From the NCBI RefSeq assembly GCF_032191835.1, contig NC_083231.1:38440001-38504000 (forward strand): 64,000 bases of DNA, in the 5' to 3' direction. The notes beneath the pieces were generated by a model. The model saw only the letters and a program-made list of their open reading frames with translations. It searched no databases and had not been told where the DNA came from. Shown piece by piece: positions 23,939 to 35,615 of the stretch; within the stretch, counting starts at the first letter, position 1; each line of letters opens with the position of its first letter. The stretch is from Heteronotia binoei. Lineage: Eukaryota. A program made the position numbers and the translations under genes.

Positions 23939-26135
23939 ACAGCGCAATCCTAAGGGGGGGGGCTGAAAGTGCTCAGGGAGCAAACTTACTGCTACATGGT
24001 CCAAGGTGCACCGCTATAACCCCCTCCACACCTGCTCAAATGGAGTTGTGCCAGTCTTTGGGCGCTTCAGCATATACACATGATGGCTGCTGCTGGAGCG
24101 GCGCTCCGTCATGCCTGCAGTGTAACTGGGGCGGAGAAAGTCACACCAGCGCAGGAGGGGGCAGCCTCATGGGTGTGGCCAACATTAGTTGGCTCCCTAA
24201 GGCCTTCCAGCCTGGGAATGCCCCTCGCAAGAGGCATAAAGTTATGGCAAGGAAAATGCTGGAAAATTCCATAGATACTTGTTGAAACAAAAAACAAAGT
24301 CTGCTGATGCCGCCACACAAGCTTGCAAACCCCTTAGGGAGCCGTGTAATTGCCTCACCAATCCCCTCATGCCCCGGGCTGGGCGAGCCCCCTCCCCAAC
24401 ACCCAATTGCCACTCCCTGTCACCTAGAAAAGCTTCTGCTCCGGCCTTGCAAAACTCTTCAGGTAGGGTAGGGCATGCAGCACGGGACTCTGCCATGGAG
24501 CTCCCTGCCGAAGCACTTAGCATCAAAGCCGGAGCACTTTGGTGATGGGAGCTATACAGAGAAGGCACGTAGACAGTACAGTGTAAAGTATTTGACTTGC
24601 GAGAAGGAGAGCGAAGTCTCTACTCTGCGGCTAACCTCTCCTGTTTCCAAGCTCCAACAGGTATCTGGCCCCCGGAGGCTCAATGCGCAAGGGTGCTTGC
24701 ACATGGACAGGTAAGTGCAATTGCACACCCTCAAGTTGGCCCCCCCCCTTGCTCAAGGCTGGGCAGATTGACAGTATCTCCAGCACTGGAACCTGGCAGT
24801 AAGCTCAGGAATGGGGAGATTGCCCCAGCCCCTGCATGTTGCAGGAGGGCCCCCCATCTGTCCTTTGCCTCGTTCCCACCCCTGGCAGGGCAAGGAGGGG
24901 TCTGGCAGCTGCTCCGTTGCCTGTGGGGAGGCAGGTCAGCGACTCTCCCTTTAAGAGCATCCCTGGCTAAGGCACAGTCCCATGCTGTAGCTGCCATGGC
25001 TGAGGACTTACAAGCGAGCCAGGAACGCTTTAACCCAGGGCAGGTGGATGTGCGTTGGCTGGTTCCATCATGTGCTGCAGGCTTTTTTTTTTTTTAATCC
25101 ACACCCCCTCCCCGCCCCAACCACCACTGCTGTCCCTGTCAGGACAGGACCTCCCTGGCTGCAAGTGGCATGGCACTCCTCCTCGAATGCAATGGTTCTG
25201 TTTCTCTGTTTTGCAGGTGCAAATTCAACAGAGAGGTTTCTGTGCGTGGCAATTCAAACCCTGCCCTCCTGCTTGGTTTCTGCTTCGCTCCTCTGTGCCC
25301 CTTTCCATCCCCCCTGCCACTCTGTCAGTGCGTTCCCCGAGGGAATGTCTTGGTGGGTGGGCTCGCTTGTTGCTTGGGGAGGGAGGGGGGAAACTATGAG
25401 TCACCTCGCCCCACCATGAGGCTGGATGGAGAGGGGAGGGTCTTTGCCCCACACATATCATGAGAGGGGAGGTGGCCTTGGGCCACGTGCTGCACCTCAG
25501 CCTGGCTGGCCCAACAGCCTGTCCAATCCCATGGGGCTAATGGAGTGGATGCATGGCTGATGTCTCACACTCTGAGTTCTGCGGCTCCTGGTGGAGAAGT
25601 TCCATGCACAGAAGAGGGAGTGTCAGGATGACATGGAGGGTCTCTGAGTCTGTGTTGGGGGGAGGTTGCCTGATAGACTTAGTGGCATGCTGGGACTCTC
25701 TCTGCTCATTCCCATACACACATTCTGGCTGCTGGTGTATTTGGAAGTGGATTCCTGCACTTTGTGCTTCCTGTTTATTTGTGGCTAGCCAGGGGGCACA
25801 TGCCTCTGCCCGTCTGCCTGCCATTGGCATGAGTCTCTGACAGTGGGAGGGCACAAGGGGGTTGACAGCCTCTCAGGAGAAGGCTTTCCACCTCCCCTCC
25901 CGGCCAATCCAGTGGTCCCTCACTGCTCCATCCCCCCCCCCCACCTCAGCAGCGAGCCAACAGCACACGCAGAGGTGGGATCACCATGGTGACGGCCTCT
26001 CTCATGCCTGCTCATCTACCTACGCTCTCTTCCCCTCCCCGCTTGGTGCAACTTCTCCCCTTTGGAATCCGACTAATGCCGCTACGTTAGTTCTACACTC
26101 GGGCAGGACTCCGCTGTAGAACTCAGGATTCGTCC
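23939..26135 (+). mobile_element. ~2.2-kb non-autonomous interspersed element, copy 2
   Basis: Starts ACAGCGCAATCCTAAGG, ends GAACTCAGGATT; shares blocks throughout with 3339-5644 (e.g. CAAGCTTGCAAACCCCTTAGGGA, GACTTAGTGGCATGCTGGGACTCT). Confidence 0.75.
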
Positions 26136-26149
26136 GCCATTGAACTACA

Positions 26150-26640
26150 ATAAACCATACGCCAATAAATTTCATGGTGGAATTATTCATTTTAGTATAA
26201 TTAACTCTATCTGAGATTTTACTCATGATAAAGTAGTCCCAGAGTTGAGCTTACCATTGTACTATTGTGGGTATTTTTTAATCTCTCCACATAGCTGCCA
26301 ATATAATTCTGGCTATAGCTAACAATATTGATATTAATTTCATTTTACTTTTGTCCTTTAAAGGTTGTTTCCAGAAATTAAGCAGAAACAGTTCTGATAT
26401 TTGTTGAACAATATTTTTCCAGTACAAGTGTATTAATTTACAGGTCCACCAACAGTGGATAAAATCTGCTGGGTGACCACAATTTTTGTAACAACTTGGG
26501 TTATATTTTTTGTTTACTTTATGTGACTAGCTTGGCATAAGATACAATCTTGTCTGCATTTTAAATAATTGGATTTTTATATTAAAAACAGCAGAGTGAG
26601 AGCTGGGAGAATTGAAAAAAATGAAATGTTAAAAATTATC
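26150..26640 (-). mobile_element. Degenerate L1/Tx1-like ORF2 C-terminal fragment
   Basis: Minus frame reads ...NPSCYKNCGHPADFIHCWWTCKLIHLYWKNI...ISILLAIARIILAAMWRD, matching the CCHC zinc knuckle (C..C...H.WW.C...FW) and AR..I...W tail of L1-type ORF2. Confidence 0.7.
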
Positions 26641-27453
26641 CCTTGAGCAATATTGTTTGATAGGGGTGCACCTATTTTAGAGTCCTCAATGGGCTGGAGT
26701 TTCCAGGCGCATGTACCTGACAGTTCAGAGACATGCATCAAAATGGCATACGTTATTCTTATATAAAGTGGGTACCTGCCTTAGTACAGCCCTGCCAACT
26801 TTTCTTCAGTTTTAAGAACCACCCCAAAAGCTTAGGAGTCAAACTTATTTTTTAGCCTTGATATTTTCTAATTAGTGCTACCAGGAAACCTAATCTTAAA
26901 GTCTTCACAACTGCTTCTCATTGTTTTTGAAATTATAACAAACACATTGTAAAGTATAAATAAATATGAAATAACCCTGGTTCTTACTATAACAAAAAGC
27001 TAACCTCTGTCTCTAACTTCTATCAAATAAAGTTTGTCCTTTAATGGAGAATTACCAAGAGACACTTAAAATAAATGACTGATAAAAATACTAGGCATGA
27101 CAATGACATTTCTAGGTTCCATAGCACTTGGGATTTGGAGTGGTGTTGGATCAGACTTTGGCCTTCTGTCCCCTGGATTTTGATTTTGCAGACCAGAGAT
27201 GATAATTTCAGATTGGATAGGGATGGCAGTCTCCAGGTGAGAATGGAGACTACAGATATCAGTTCATCTCCAGACTACAGATATCAGTTCTACTGGAAAA
27301 AAATGGATGCTTTTGGAGAATGGACTCTATGGCATTGTACTCCCCTGAGATTCCAGTCCTTCCCAGGCTCCACACCCACCTGGACCCAGCAAACCTACCC
27401 CAACCCTATCCCCCACTGGTGGCTGTGGAGGACCTGGCAACCCTAAGACTTAC

Positions 27454-27506
27454 TTTTAAGGAACTCTCTTGCATTTGAGACAAACATCTCAAATTCTGCA
27501 TTTCCC
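27454..27506 (-). CDS. Candidate 53-nt exon
   Basis: Acceptor ctttgtcttctggcattgaattacag, donor AAA|gtaagt; open in two frames (EMQNLRCLSQMQESSLK or GNAEFEMFVSNAREFLK). Confidence 0.45.
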
Positions 27507-27977
27507 CTGTAATTCAATGCCAGAAGACAAAGAATTCTAATGAAAGTTGCCTCTTGCCCACTCCAGTAAAGTATTACAATAGCCAACTGGAGGATCTGAT
27601 TTAAGGTGAACTGTTTCTTCCTCATTCATAAGGTGCTTTCCTGTCAACTACTAAAAAAATAATGCTGTACAGACTCCTTTGATACGTCATTTCCCCACTC
27701 CTGGGTCCTGAATTAGCTGATTTATGCAGCCCTTTGCTAGTGTTTCCCGCCAACTATTTAAGTATAAGCAAGTATGCTCATCTTTGATTCCAATAACTTG
27801 AATTCTGTTTGACTATAACCTTTTTTGGATTTACATTTTGACACTCCAACAGTGCATAATAGGATCATTCCTCTGTATACATACAGTTACAATTTTTATG
27901 TGAATGTGGGAACATGCAAATTTTCCCCTTTGGTATGAGCAAATGTGTATCCTGAAAAGCAAGTGTTCAATTCATGC

Positions 27978-28211
27978 CAGGGGCAGCCCTGGACTGTCTG
28001 GCACCCTAAGGAAGGCTAACTTTTGGCACCCCGCCCCCCTGCACTGATAATAGGGTTGCCAAATCTAACTCAGAAAATATCTGGGGACTTTTGGGGGTGG
28101 AGCCAGGAGACTTTCCCATTCCCAAAATAAATACATAAAAATACAACAGTGCAGTCTGCCTGAATACAGCCTTCATGTTCTCATACCCAAGCAGCCCATG
28201 TCCCAGTACAC

Positions 28212-28264
<53 letters not shown>

Positions 28265-28819
28265 TACACACAGAGCAGCCAAAATAAACAGTGTGCAATC
28301 CTACACTTATGTGGTCTCACTGGGGCAATTTACTCAAGAGTTGCTGAAGTTCCAAGTTCTATCAGACTAATACAGTGAAAGCAAAGGTTCTAGTTCCTCC
28401 TTTACTATGCAAACATCTTCTAAAAGGATTGTGGGACAAATGGAGGGTCTCTGGACTGCTACAGCTTCATAGCTAACTGGGAGCAGCCATCTTGTTCTGC
28501 CGGCTCACCCCCCCCCTTTCAGCCTCACTGGGTCCTAGAATTAAAGGCATAGACACACCATCCAGAAAGCAAGCCTTTCCAAGGTTCCTCTAGTTCTCAA
28601 GTGGAAAGGTAGATGTGGCTGTGGGAGTGGGGTTTCCCTCCATTGGCCAGCTGTCTGGGGATGGGAAGAAGCCTGCAAAACCAGGGGATCCCCTGCTGGG
28701 ACCTAAGGATTGGCAAGCCTAAATATCACCAAGTCACATGGAGGCACACAATTGGATGCCCCCAGAAGGCTGGTGCCCTAGGCAATTGCCTAGTTTGCAA
28801 AGTGGCAAGGCTGGCCCTG
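27978..28819 (+). mobile_element. hAT-like element (CAGGGGC..CCCT / GGCTGGCCCTG) containing nested pieces and a (CT)n(CA)n microsatellite at ~28217-28270
   Basis: Degenerate 8-bp TSD ATTCATGC / GATCATGC; ends homologous to 39579-39742. Confidence 0.65.
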
Positions 28820-29842
28820 GATCATGCACAACAAAGCTGGAAAATATGTGTGGTACTCTAGTGACTGCATGCAACGTGAGATTTCTTCCGTGCAGTTGGA
28901 TTGTCTAAAATGTGCTTAGTTTTATGCATTCTGTCTTTCAAACAGGAACCAATAAGCACAAACACAGATAAGTACAAAAAGGGGAGGCAAGTCTACAATT
29001 AAAAATGAAATAAAAAGGCAAGTTGGGATTTTTTAGATTGACAAGTGGAAGCTAATTTATCACCCTATGTGTCCCAATTATAAATGTATTCAGAGTTTAG
29101 CTGCCAAGCAAGTTGTTAAAAGTTTTGGAAAATGGGATATAAAGTTTCATTCATGAATAAAATGTTAATTTAGGAATTTGTCTCACACAGATCAAATTAA
29201 AGTCCACAATCATAATTTACATAGTCTGCTTCATTCATCTCCCCCTCACCACTGTTTTAGGCATTATGCAATGGTTTAAAATATTTGTGAGAGCTGTATA
29301 CAATGGTTTAAAATATTTGTGCTGAGAAGCAACAGAACATTTTAGATTCTCAGATCTGCTTCTATAAAGGCAGCGTCAATTTTCATCTAACATCCCTCAT
29401 TTTCGCATATTCAGGTGGGTTGCAAAGGCCTCAGTTCAAGGGAGTGTCCTGCAATTAGACTAACACTTCCTACAGCAATATAGAATGCACTGACCAAAAG
29501 AATCAAAGGTCAGCTTGCTCATGCTGATCCAAGGTTGCCTTCAATTCCCTCTCTCTTATTCCTATTGTTATCTTGTCTAGAAAGGTGTGCAAGTAATCCC
29601 CTTGACTGCCCTTGATGTCAAAGGTGCTTTATGATTCACTGCAAGGAATGTGTTAACTGTAAGTGAGGTGAATAAGTAGCAATTTGACCTTCCTGATATC
29701 AGGCAGACTACAGGAAGACATAGCAATATGGTAAAAATAAGATGGTGTAAAATCTGGGGTATTGTATTATTTGTCATCATTTAGATTTTTCTCTCGGGGC
29801 CATTAGAATCATAACAATATCCTTGAATGTTGACTTTCTTAC

Positions 29843-29862
29843 CAGGGTGGAGATTCACAGCA
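29843..29862 (-). CDS. Candidate 20-nt micro-exon
   Basis: ttctttttctgcag|TGCTGTGAATCTCCACCCTG|gtaaga: near-consensus acceptor and donor. Confidence 0.5.
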
Positions 29863-30396
29863 CTGCAGAAAAAGAACCTTGAAGCAAATAAGATGTCTAT
29901 GCTCAAAAATGGTTGTTAAAAATCATGATCAGCGAGTTAATTAACCACCAAAATTAAATAAAAAAACACATCACAAACCCTTACTGCTCTCTCCCCCACC
30001 CCCAAACAAAGTTCTCAGTGGTGAAACCTTAAAATAGCTCACATAAGGCATAATCCTCGCCTCAGTCACGTTGGCAGCTGATCATTAATTGCATCAGAAA
30101 AAGACAATATTTTATCTATCCTCTTCGGAGCTGGATTGTGAATGGTGAAGGCAAAAGAGAGCGAAACAGAGTGAAACATGAAAAGCTTGATTTGTTAGGA
30201 CCCCTGCTGTCTGAGAAGAGATCAAAGCTCAGGAGGGGGCTGCAGAACAGCCAAACGCACTGCACTGAAACATGGTCTCGGCAGCTGCTCTGGGCACTCT
30301 TGTGCAACACAGGTGTACCTCCAGCTCAACCCTGCTAGCTGAATTGTGGGAGCAGGGTTACCTTTCCTTTTCTTTCATTATTTCCACAGCAGTCAC

Positions 30397-30632
30397 NNNN
30401 NNNNNNNNNNNNNNNNNNNNNNNNNNNNNNNNNNNNNNNNNNNNNNNNNNNNNNNNNNNNNNNNNNNNNNNNNNNNNNNNNNNNNNNNNNNNNNNNNNNN
30501 NNNNNNNNNNNNNNNNNNNNNNNNNNNNNNNNNNNNNNNNNNNNNNNNNNNNNNNNNNNNNNNNNNNNNNNNNNNNNNNNNNNNNNNNNNNNNNNNNNNN
30601 NNNNNNNNNNNNNNNNNNNNNNNNNNNNNNNN
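30397..30632. other. Assembly gap (236 N)
   Basis: Run of N; ORFs spanning it are artefacts. Confidence 1.
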
Positions 30633-32032
30633 AATTGTGTGCAGGAGGGGGGAAAAGGAAGGGGGGGGAGGGAGAGAAACCTAAGCAATGTTCTTTAATT
30701 AACATCGTGTTTGCAAACACCATTAATTTCCCTCATTAAAATGATTTTTATCTGCAACTGATTGTTGATAAAGCAATCGATTTGAGCATCTCATCTGTTT
30801 CACCACGAAGCAGAAAAACCCATCTGCTGTGCTTTTAAAGCAGCAATCACGCAGCCTGTTAAGCAACATGTGAGAACAATAAAAAATGCATGCGTGTGTG
30901 TCAGGGATTTGCAAGCCAGACTGCAGGGCAAGGGCCACCTTTCCACAGATCATGTATTAAAAATGACTTGATGTCAGGCCAAAGGACAAAAGTGTCACCA
31001 AGATCAAAAGTGCATAAATAACAAATGAATTAATAAGCGCCAGCAGAAAGGGTTCCATCTGTGCTTAAGGAGCCATGGTAAGTAGGTTCAGGGAGATGGG
31101 AGGGAAAGTCAGGACATTTAGATGCATTTAACATCATCCCATTCACCAGTGTGATGTAATAACAGATGATAAATGGGTGCGGCATTCACTGCCTGCCTTT
31201 TTCTAATTTGTGGCAGCACCAGACCAGAAGCTCACCCCCGCCCACCATACTACCTTACCACTAGGGTAAAGGAAAAGCATTTTTGGCTTCAAGCCCATGT
31301 TCTTCTTTGGGGCTATTATTTACCTCTAAATCTTTGATGTACACACGCACACACACATACTGACATCTCCATTTAAAAGATGGCTTGGTCAAGAAGGTAG
31401 AAAATGGAAAACTGTGACTCTGGGGAAAGTCAAGTGGAACTGTAGTATCAAACCGGTACTTTCTGCATTGATAGGACATAGCCTAACTTTGTGCAGCTCT
31501 ACTGGAGAATAAAATTAATTCAATATGATTAAAAGAACAACAAAGAAAAAAATACGAGAAACTTAATCCTAAAGTGTAAATCTTCAGAAATCCATTAACT
31601 AAAATATTTAGGTCACATCAACAATTAGACTGCTGCCCTTCTTTTTTAAACTAGTGCTGATAGTGTGTGTTTTACAAGTCTGTCATGCAGATATTTTCTA
31701 GTGAGTAGGTGAAGCCTTTACCTGGAATGGATTTGACTTGTGTGTTAGACTCCTATTAAGGACCCAAAACAAAAGACACTAAAACATTTTGGCAACACTA
31801 AATATTATGAGCTAGATCCCATTCCAATTTTTACATTCTATTGAAGAGAACAAATTTCAAGTGCACTAATAAATAAAAATATAAAAGAGCCCTGCTGAAT
31901 TAAAGCAATGGTCTATCTAGTTTAGCACCCTGTCTCACACAGCGGACAACCAGTTGTCCTGAGTGGGGAGAAACAAGGCACAGAGGCCAGGGCTTCCTCC
32001 CAATGTTTTCTCCTAGCTAGTATGGAGCCACA

Positions 32033-32318
32033 GAAGAAGAATAAGAGAGAAGATATTTGGATTTATACCCCACCCTTCACTTGGAGTCTCAGAGCAGCTC
32101 ACAATCCCCTTCCCCTCCCCTCCCCAAAATAGATGCTCTGTAAAGTAGGTGCAGCTGAGAGATCTGTCTGAGAACTGCTCTTAGGAGGAACAGCTCTTAG
32201 AGAGTTATGACTGACCCAAGGTCATACCAGCAGCAGCTGCATGTGGAACAGTAGGGAATCTAACTCTGTTATCCCTGGTTAGAATCTGCACACTTAACCA
32301 TTACACCAAACTGGCTCT
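32033..32318 (-). mobile_element. Sauria-type SINE (adjacent to a CR1-like 3' fragment at ~31885-32030)
   Basis: Homologous to 13381-13660 in reverse orientation. Confidence 0.85.
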
Positions 32319-32444
32319 ACAGTCACCATGGCTAGTAGCAATGTTGCAGAGATTTGCTAAAATGTACAAAAGACTGAAGGTTTGCCATTTCTGGATTCAG
32401 TTAATTGCTCAAGCTACAATTTTGAGCAATCCTAAGCAGACCTA

Positions 32445-33233
32445 CCATATTTTTCGGTCCATAAGGCACTCCGGACCATAGGACGCACCTTCCTCCTGGG
32501 GGGCGATCCGCTGCCTCCGCCTCTGATCCCGGCGCTTCCCCCGCACCTGCCTGCCTGGCTCCAGCTTCTTGCAGCAAGCGCTGGGATCGCTCCACGCTGC
32601 CCCCACCAAAAACCCAGCGCTTCGTGAGCGCCGGCTGCGGAGGGGGCAGCGTGCTTCCTCCGTGCCTGCCTGCCTGGCTCCAGCTCTGACGCTTACAGCA
32701 AGCGCCAGGATCGCTCCCTCCGCCCTCCAATCCCAGCGCTTGCTTTAAGCATCAGAGCTGGAGCCAGGCATACAGGCACGGAGGAAGCACGCTGCACCCT
32801 CCGCAGCTGGCGCTCGCGAAGCGCTGGGTTTGCGGAGGAGGCGGGTGCTTCCTCCGTGCCTGTCTGCCTGGCTCCAGCTCTGATGCTTAAAGCAAGCGTC
32901 GGGATCGGAGGGCGGAGGGAGCGATCCTGGCGCTTGCTGTAAGCGTCAGAGCTGGAGCCAGGCAGACAGGCACGGAGGAAGCACGCTGCCCCCTCCGCAG
33001 CCGGCGCTCGTGAAGCGCTGGGTTTGCGGTGGGGGCAGCATGGAGCGATCCCAGCGCTTGCTGGAAGAAGCTGGAGCCAGGCAGGCAGGCGCGGGGGAAG
33101 CGCCGGGATCAGAGGCGGAGGCAGCGGATCCCCCCCATAGGAAAGTACCTTCGCTCCATAAGACGCATACACTTCCCCCCCACTTTTTTTTGGGGGGGGG
33201 GGGGGAGTGCGTCTTATGGTCCGAAAAATACGG
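32445..33233. mobile_element. Tc1/mariner (Tc2/Kanga-like) non-autonomous element with a GC-rich palindromic interior
   Basis: TA TSD on both sides; TIR CCATATTTTTCGGTCCATAAG / CTTATGGTCCGAAAAATACGG; interior arms ~32505-32790 and ~32843-33130. Confidence 0.88.
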
Positions 33234-34862
33234 TACTCAGAAGTTACATTATTCAGTGGGCGTACTCCCAGGAAAGTGTTCTTAGAATTGCAGCCTTTTG
33301 TATAGGGTTTATATATGTATTTAAAACATTTTTATGGTGCCTTTCTACATGATCAGGTCCACAAGCCAGCAAAATAAAACATCTGAAAAATTAAATATAC
33401 ATTTAAAATTATTTAAATTATTATTTTCATTTAAAAACGTAACACCAGGAGGGGCAATAACCATTATTGACACGCAGGGCGTTTTTTTGTAGCAGGAACT
33501 CCTTTGCATATTAGGCCACTTTCCCTGATGTAGCCAATCCTCCAAGAGCTTACAGGGCTCTTAGTATAGGGCCTACTGTAAGCTCCAGGAGGACTGGCTA
33601 TAGCAGGGATGTATAGGCTAATATGCAAAGGAGTTCCTGAAGGTACACTGGAAGAAGCAAAAAAAGAGACCAACAGACAAAGCTCACCATAGAGGGAATT
33701 TCAGAGTTTTGGTGCCATAATGGGGAAGGCCCATTGTTGAGTTGCCAGACCCCTAGCTTCAGATAGCAGGGGCAACTGAAGTAGGGCATTCAAAGAGGAA
33801 TGGAGTGAACAAGTAGGTTCATACAGGAGGAGGCGGTTCATAAGGTATGTTGGTAACAGATTGTACAGGGCTTTAAAATATGACTTGAGTGTGTGAGAGA
33901 GAATGAACAGGTGCATGGTTTAGATCCCTATGAATCTTTAACAGAAGGTTTTATAACAGCTATGAGCAAAATGAAATTCTTTCTAGAAATAAAGAATTTT
34001 GGATTGTCTGGTTATACATATTTTCAAAAATGTTTGTTGGTCCAGCCTGCTGGAGTACTCTAAAGTGAGGCAGGAAAAAAAAAATTAGCATGAGCAATGA
34101 CATATAGCAGAAGCACTGAAAAACCTTTCTCAGGATGTTTTCTTTAAAAAAAATAAAAATAATGAAAGAGAAAGATGGTCTAACTTGAATAGGTGACTTT
34201 TATTATTGTGTAACTGATTCCATTTCATGATGCTTTCTTCCTAACATGGGTGTCATTATTTTCATTAGCATCAGTGGGAGCACATTCAGGCCCCCGTGGA
34301 GTTCTACAGAACAGGATAAGAGGAGAATCACTTAGCAAAGCTATGCCTTCAGGCAAGCCAAGGAGCAGATTGGCAGTCAAGCACATATACAGGGACAGGT
34401 AGTTTCAAACTCAGGCTGTTTCTACACCTGTCATTTCCTCTGCTTTCTCCCTTGCCTTTTATATTGTGTTCTGCATTTCTTCCCGCTTTCGCCTCACATG
34501 TGAGTCGGCTTTTGTTGTTCCTTCTGCATTCCTCTCCCCATTCTGCTTTCAGTTCACTGAATCCCCAGCTTTCTCAGGCCCTGTTTTGCCATGGACTGTT
34601 TTCTTACTTTGCTTTCAAGTCAAGAATATTTCTGATGCAGACATTGTCCTGTGGATACTGCATCACTGCCCATCCCTTTCCTGCCCCTCTTTTCTTGTCA
34701 ACCCCACCACCAAGATTGCTGTTTATTGTTCTTCCCACTCTGCGCCTTCCTCCCTACTTTGGCTCCAGTATTGTTTCATTCCATTAAGAAAAACAAAACA
34801 AGCTCTTTTAGCCTAGCGAAATGTTGTTGATCACGAACCTTTGTTGAATGGAGACAGAGAGT

Positions 34863-35615
34863 ATTAGCAGGGGATACTTTAACCGTTTGGCTGCAGTTAA
34901 AGGGGAGGTGGCAGACAGGCTTCTTAGAGCCATTTGATAGGTTGGTAAAAAGTGATGTTTTTCTGTCCCCCCCCCTCCTGTTCATTCTCTTGTGCTCCCC
35001 CTCCCCAACTTTCAGTGGGCTACATTTGCCCTATGTGTAGCAGTGTGATCCTTAGGGATTTCTCCTTCTCACATTTTGACCACTAAACTTCGGTAGAGAA
35101 AAAAAAAACATTAGCAGGGGATGCTTTAACAATTTGGCTACAGTTAAAGTGGAGGTGGCAGACAGGCTTCTTAGAGCCATTTGACATCTTGATAAAATTG
35201 ATGCTTCCCGCCCCCCCTCCCCCACACTTGTTCGTTCTTCTGCACTCCCCCTCTCCAACTTTCAAAAACTGCTTTTGCCCTACGTGTAGCAATGGGTGTT
35301 TTCGCACTTACCTTTTACTGGCGCGACCATCCTCCTCACGCCGGCGGATCTGCAGTGATTTCGCACTAGAAGCGCCGGCGCAGCCCAAAGAGCCGGCTAC
35401 TTCCGTCGCTAAGCCAGCGCAAACGGAAACCGCCAAGAAGCAGGAAAACGTTTGCGCTGGCTTAGCGACGGAAGTAGCCGGCTCTTTGGGCTGCGCCGGC
35501 GCTTCTAGTGCGAAATCACTGCAGATCCGCCGGCGTGAGGAGGGTCGTCGCGCCTGTAAAACGTAAGTGCGAAAACACCCAATGTGATCTCTAGGGATTT
35601 CATCTTCTCAGATTT
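34863..35615 (+). repeat. Local tandem duplication (~245-bp unit, two copies)
   Basis: ATTAGCAGGGGAT.CTTTAAC...GGAGGTGGCAGACAGGCTTCTTAGAGCCATTTGA occurs at ~34863 and ~35111. Confidence 0.8.
35294..35580. mobile_element. Near-perfect palindromic MITE with 3-bp TSD (PIF/Harbinger-like)
   Basis: 132-bp arms (35294-35425, 35449-35580) around a 23-nt spacer; TSD AAT on both sides; an empty paralogous site is present at ~35035-35050. Confidence 0.88.

Noticed and set aside
26255-26311. Exon-like segment with gtaagc donor (PELYWQLCGEIK...)
   Set aside because: Falls inside the degenerate L1-like ORF2 fragment.
29581-29658. Plus-strand segment with strong acceptor and gtaagt donor
   Set aside because: Stops in all three frames; at most a non-coding exon, unsupported.
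30272-30739. ORFs spanning the N run
   Set aside because: Artefacts of translating through an assembly gap.
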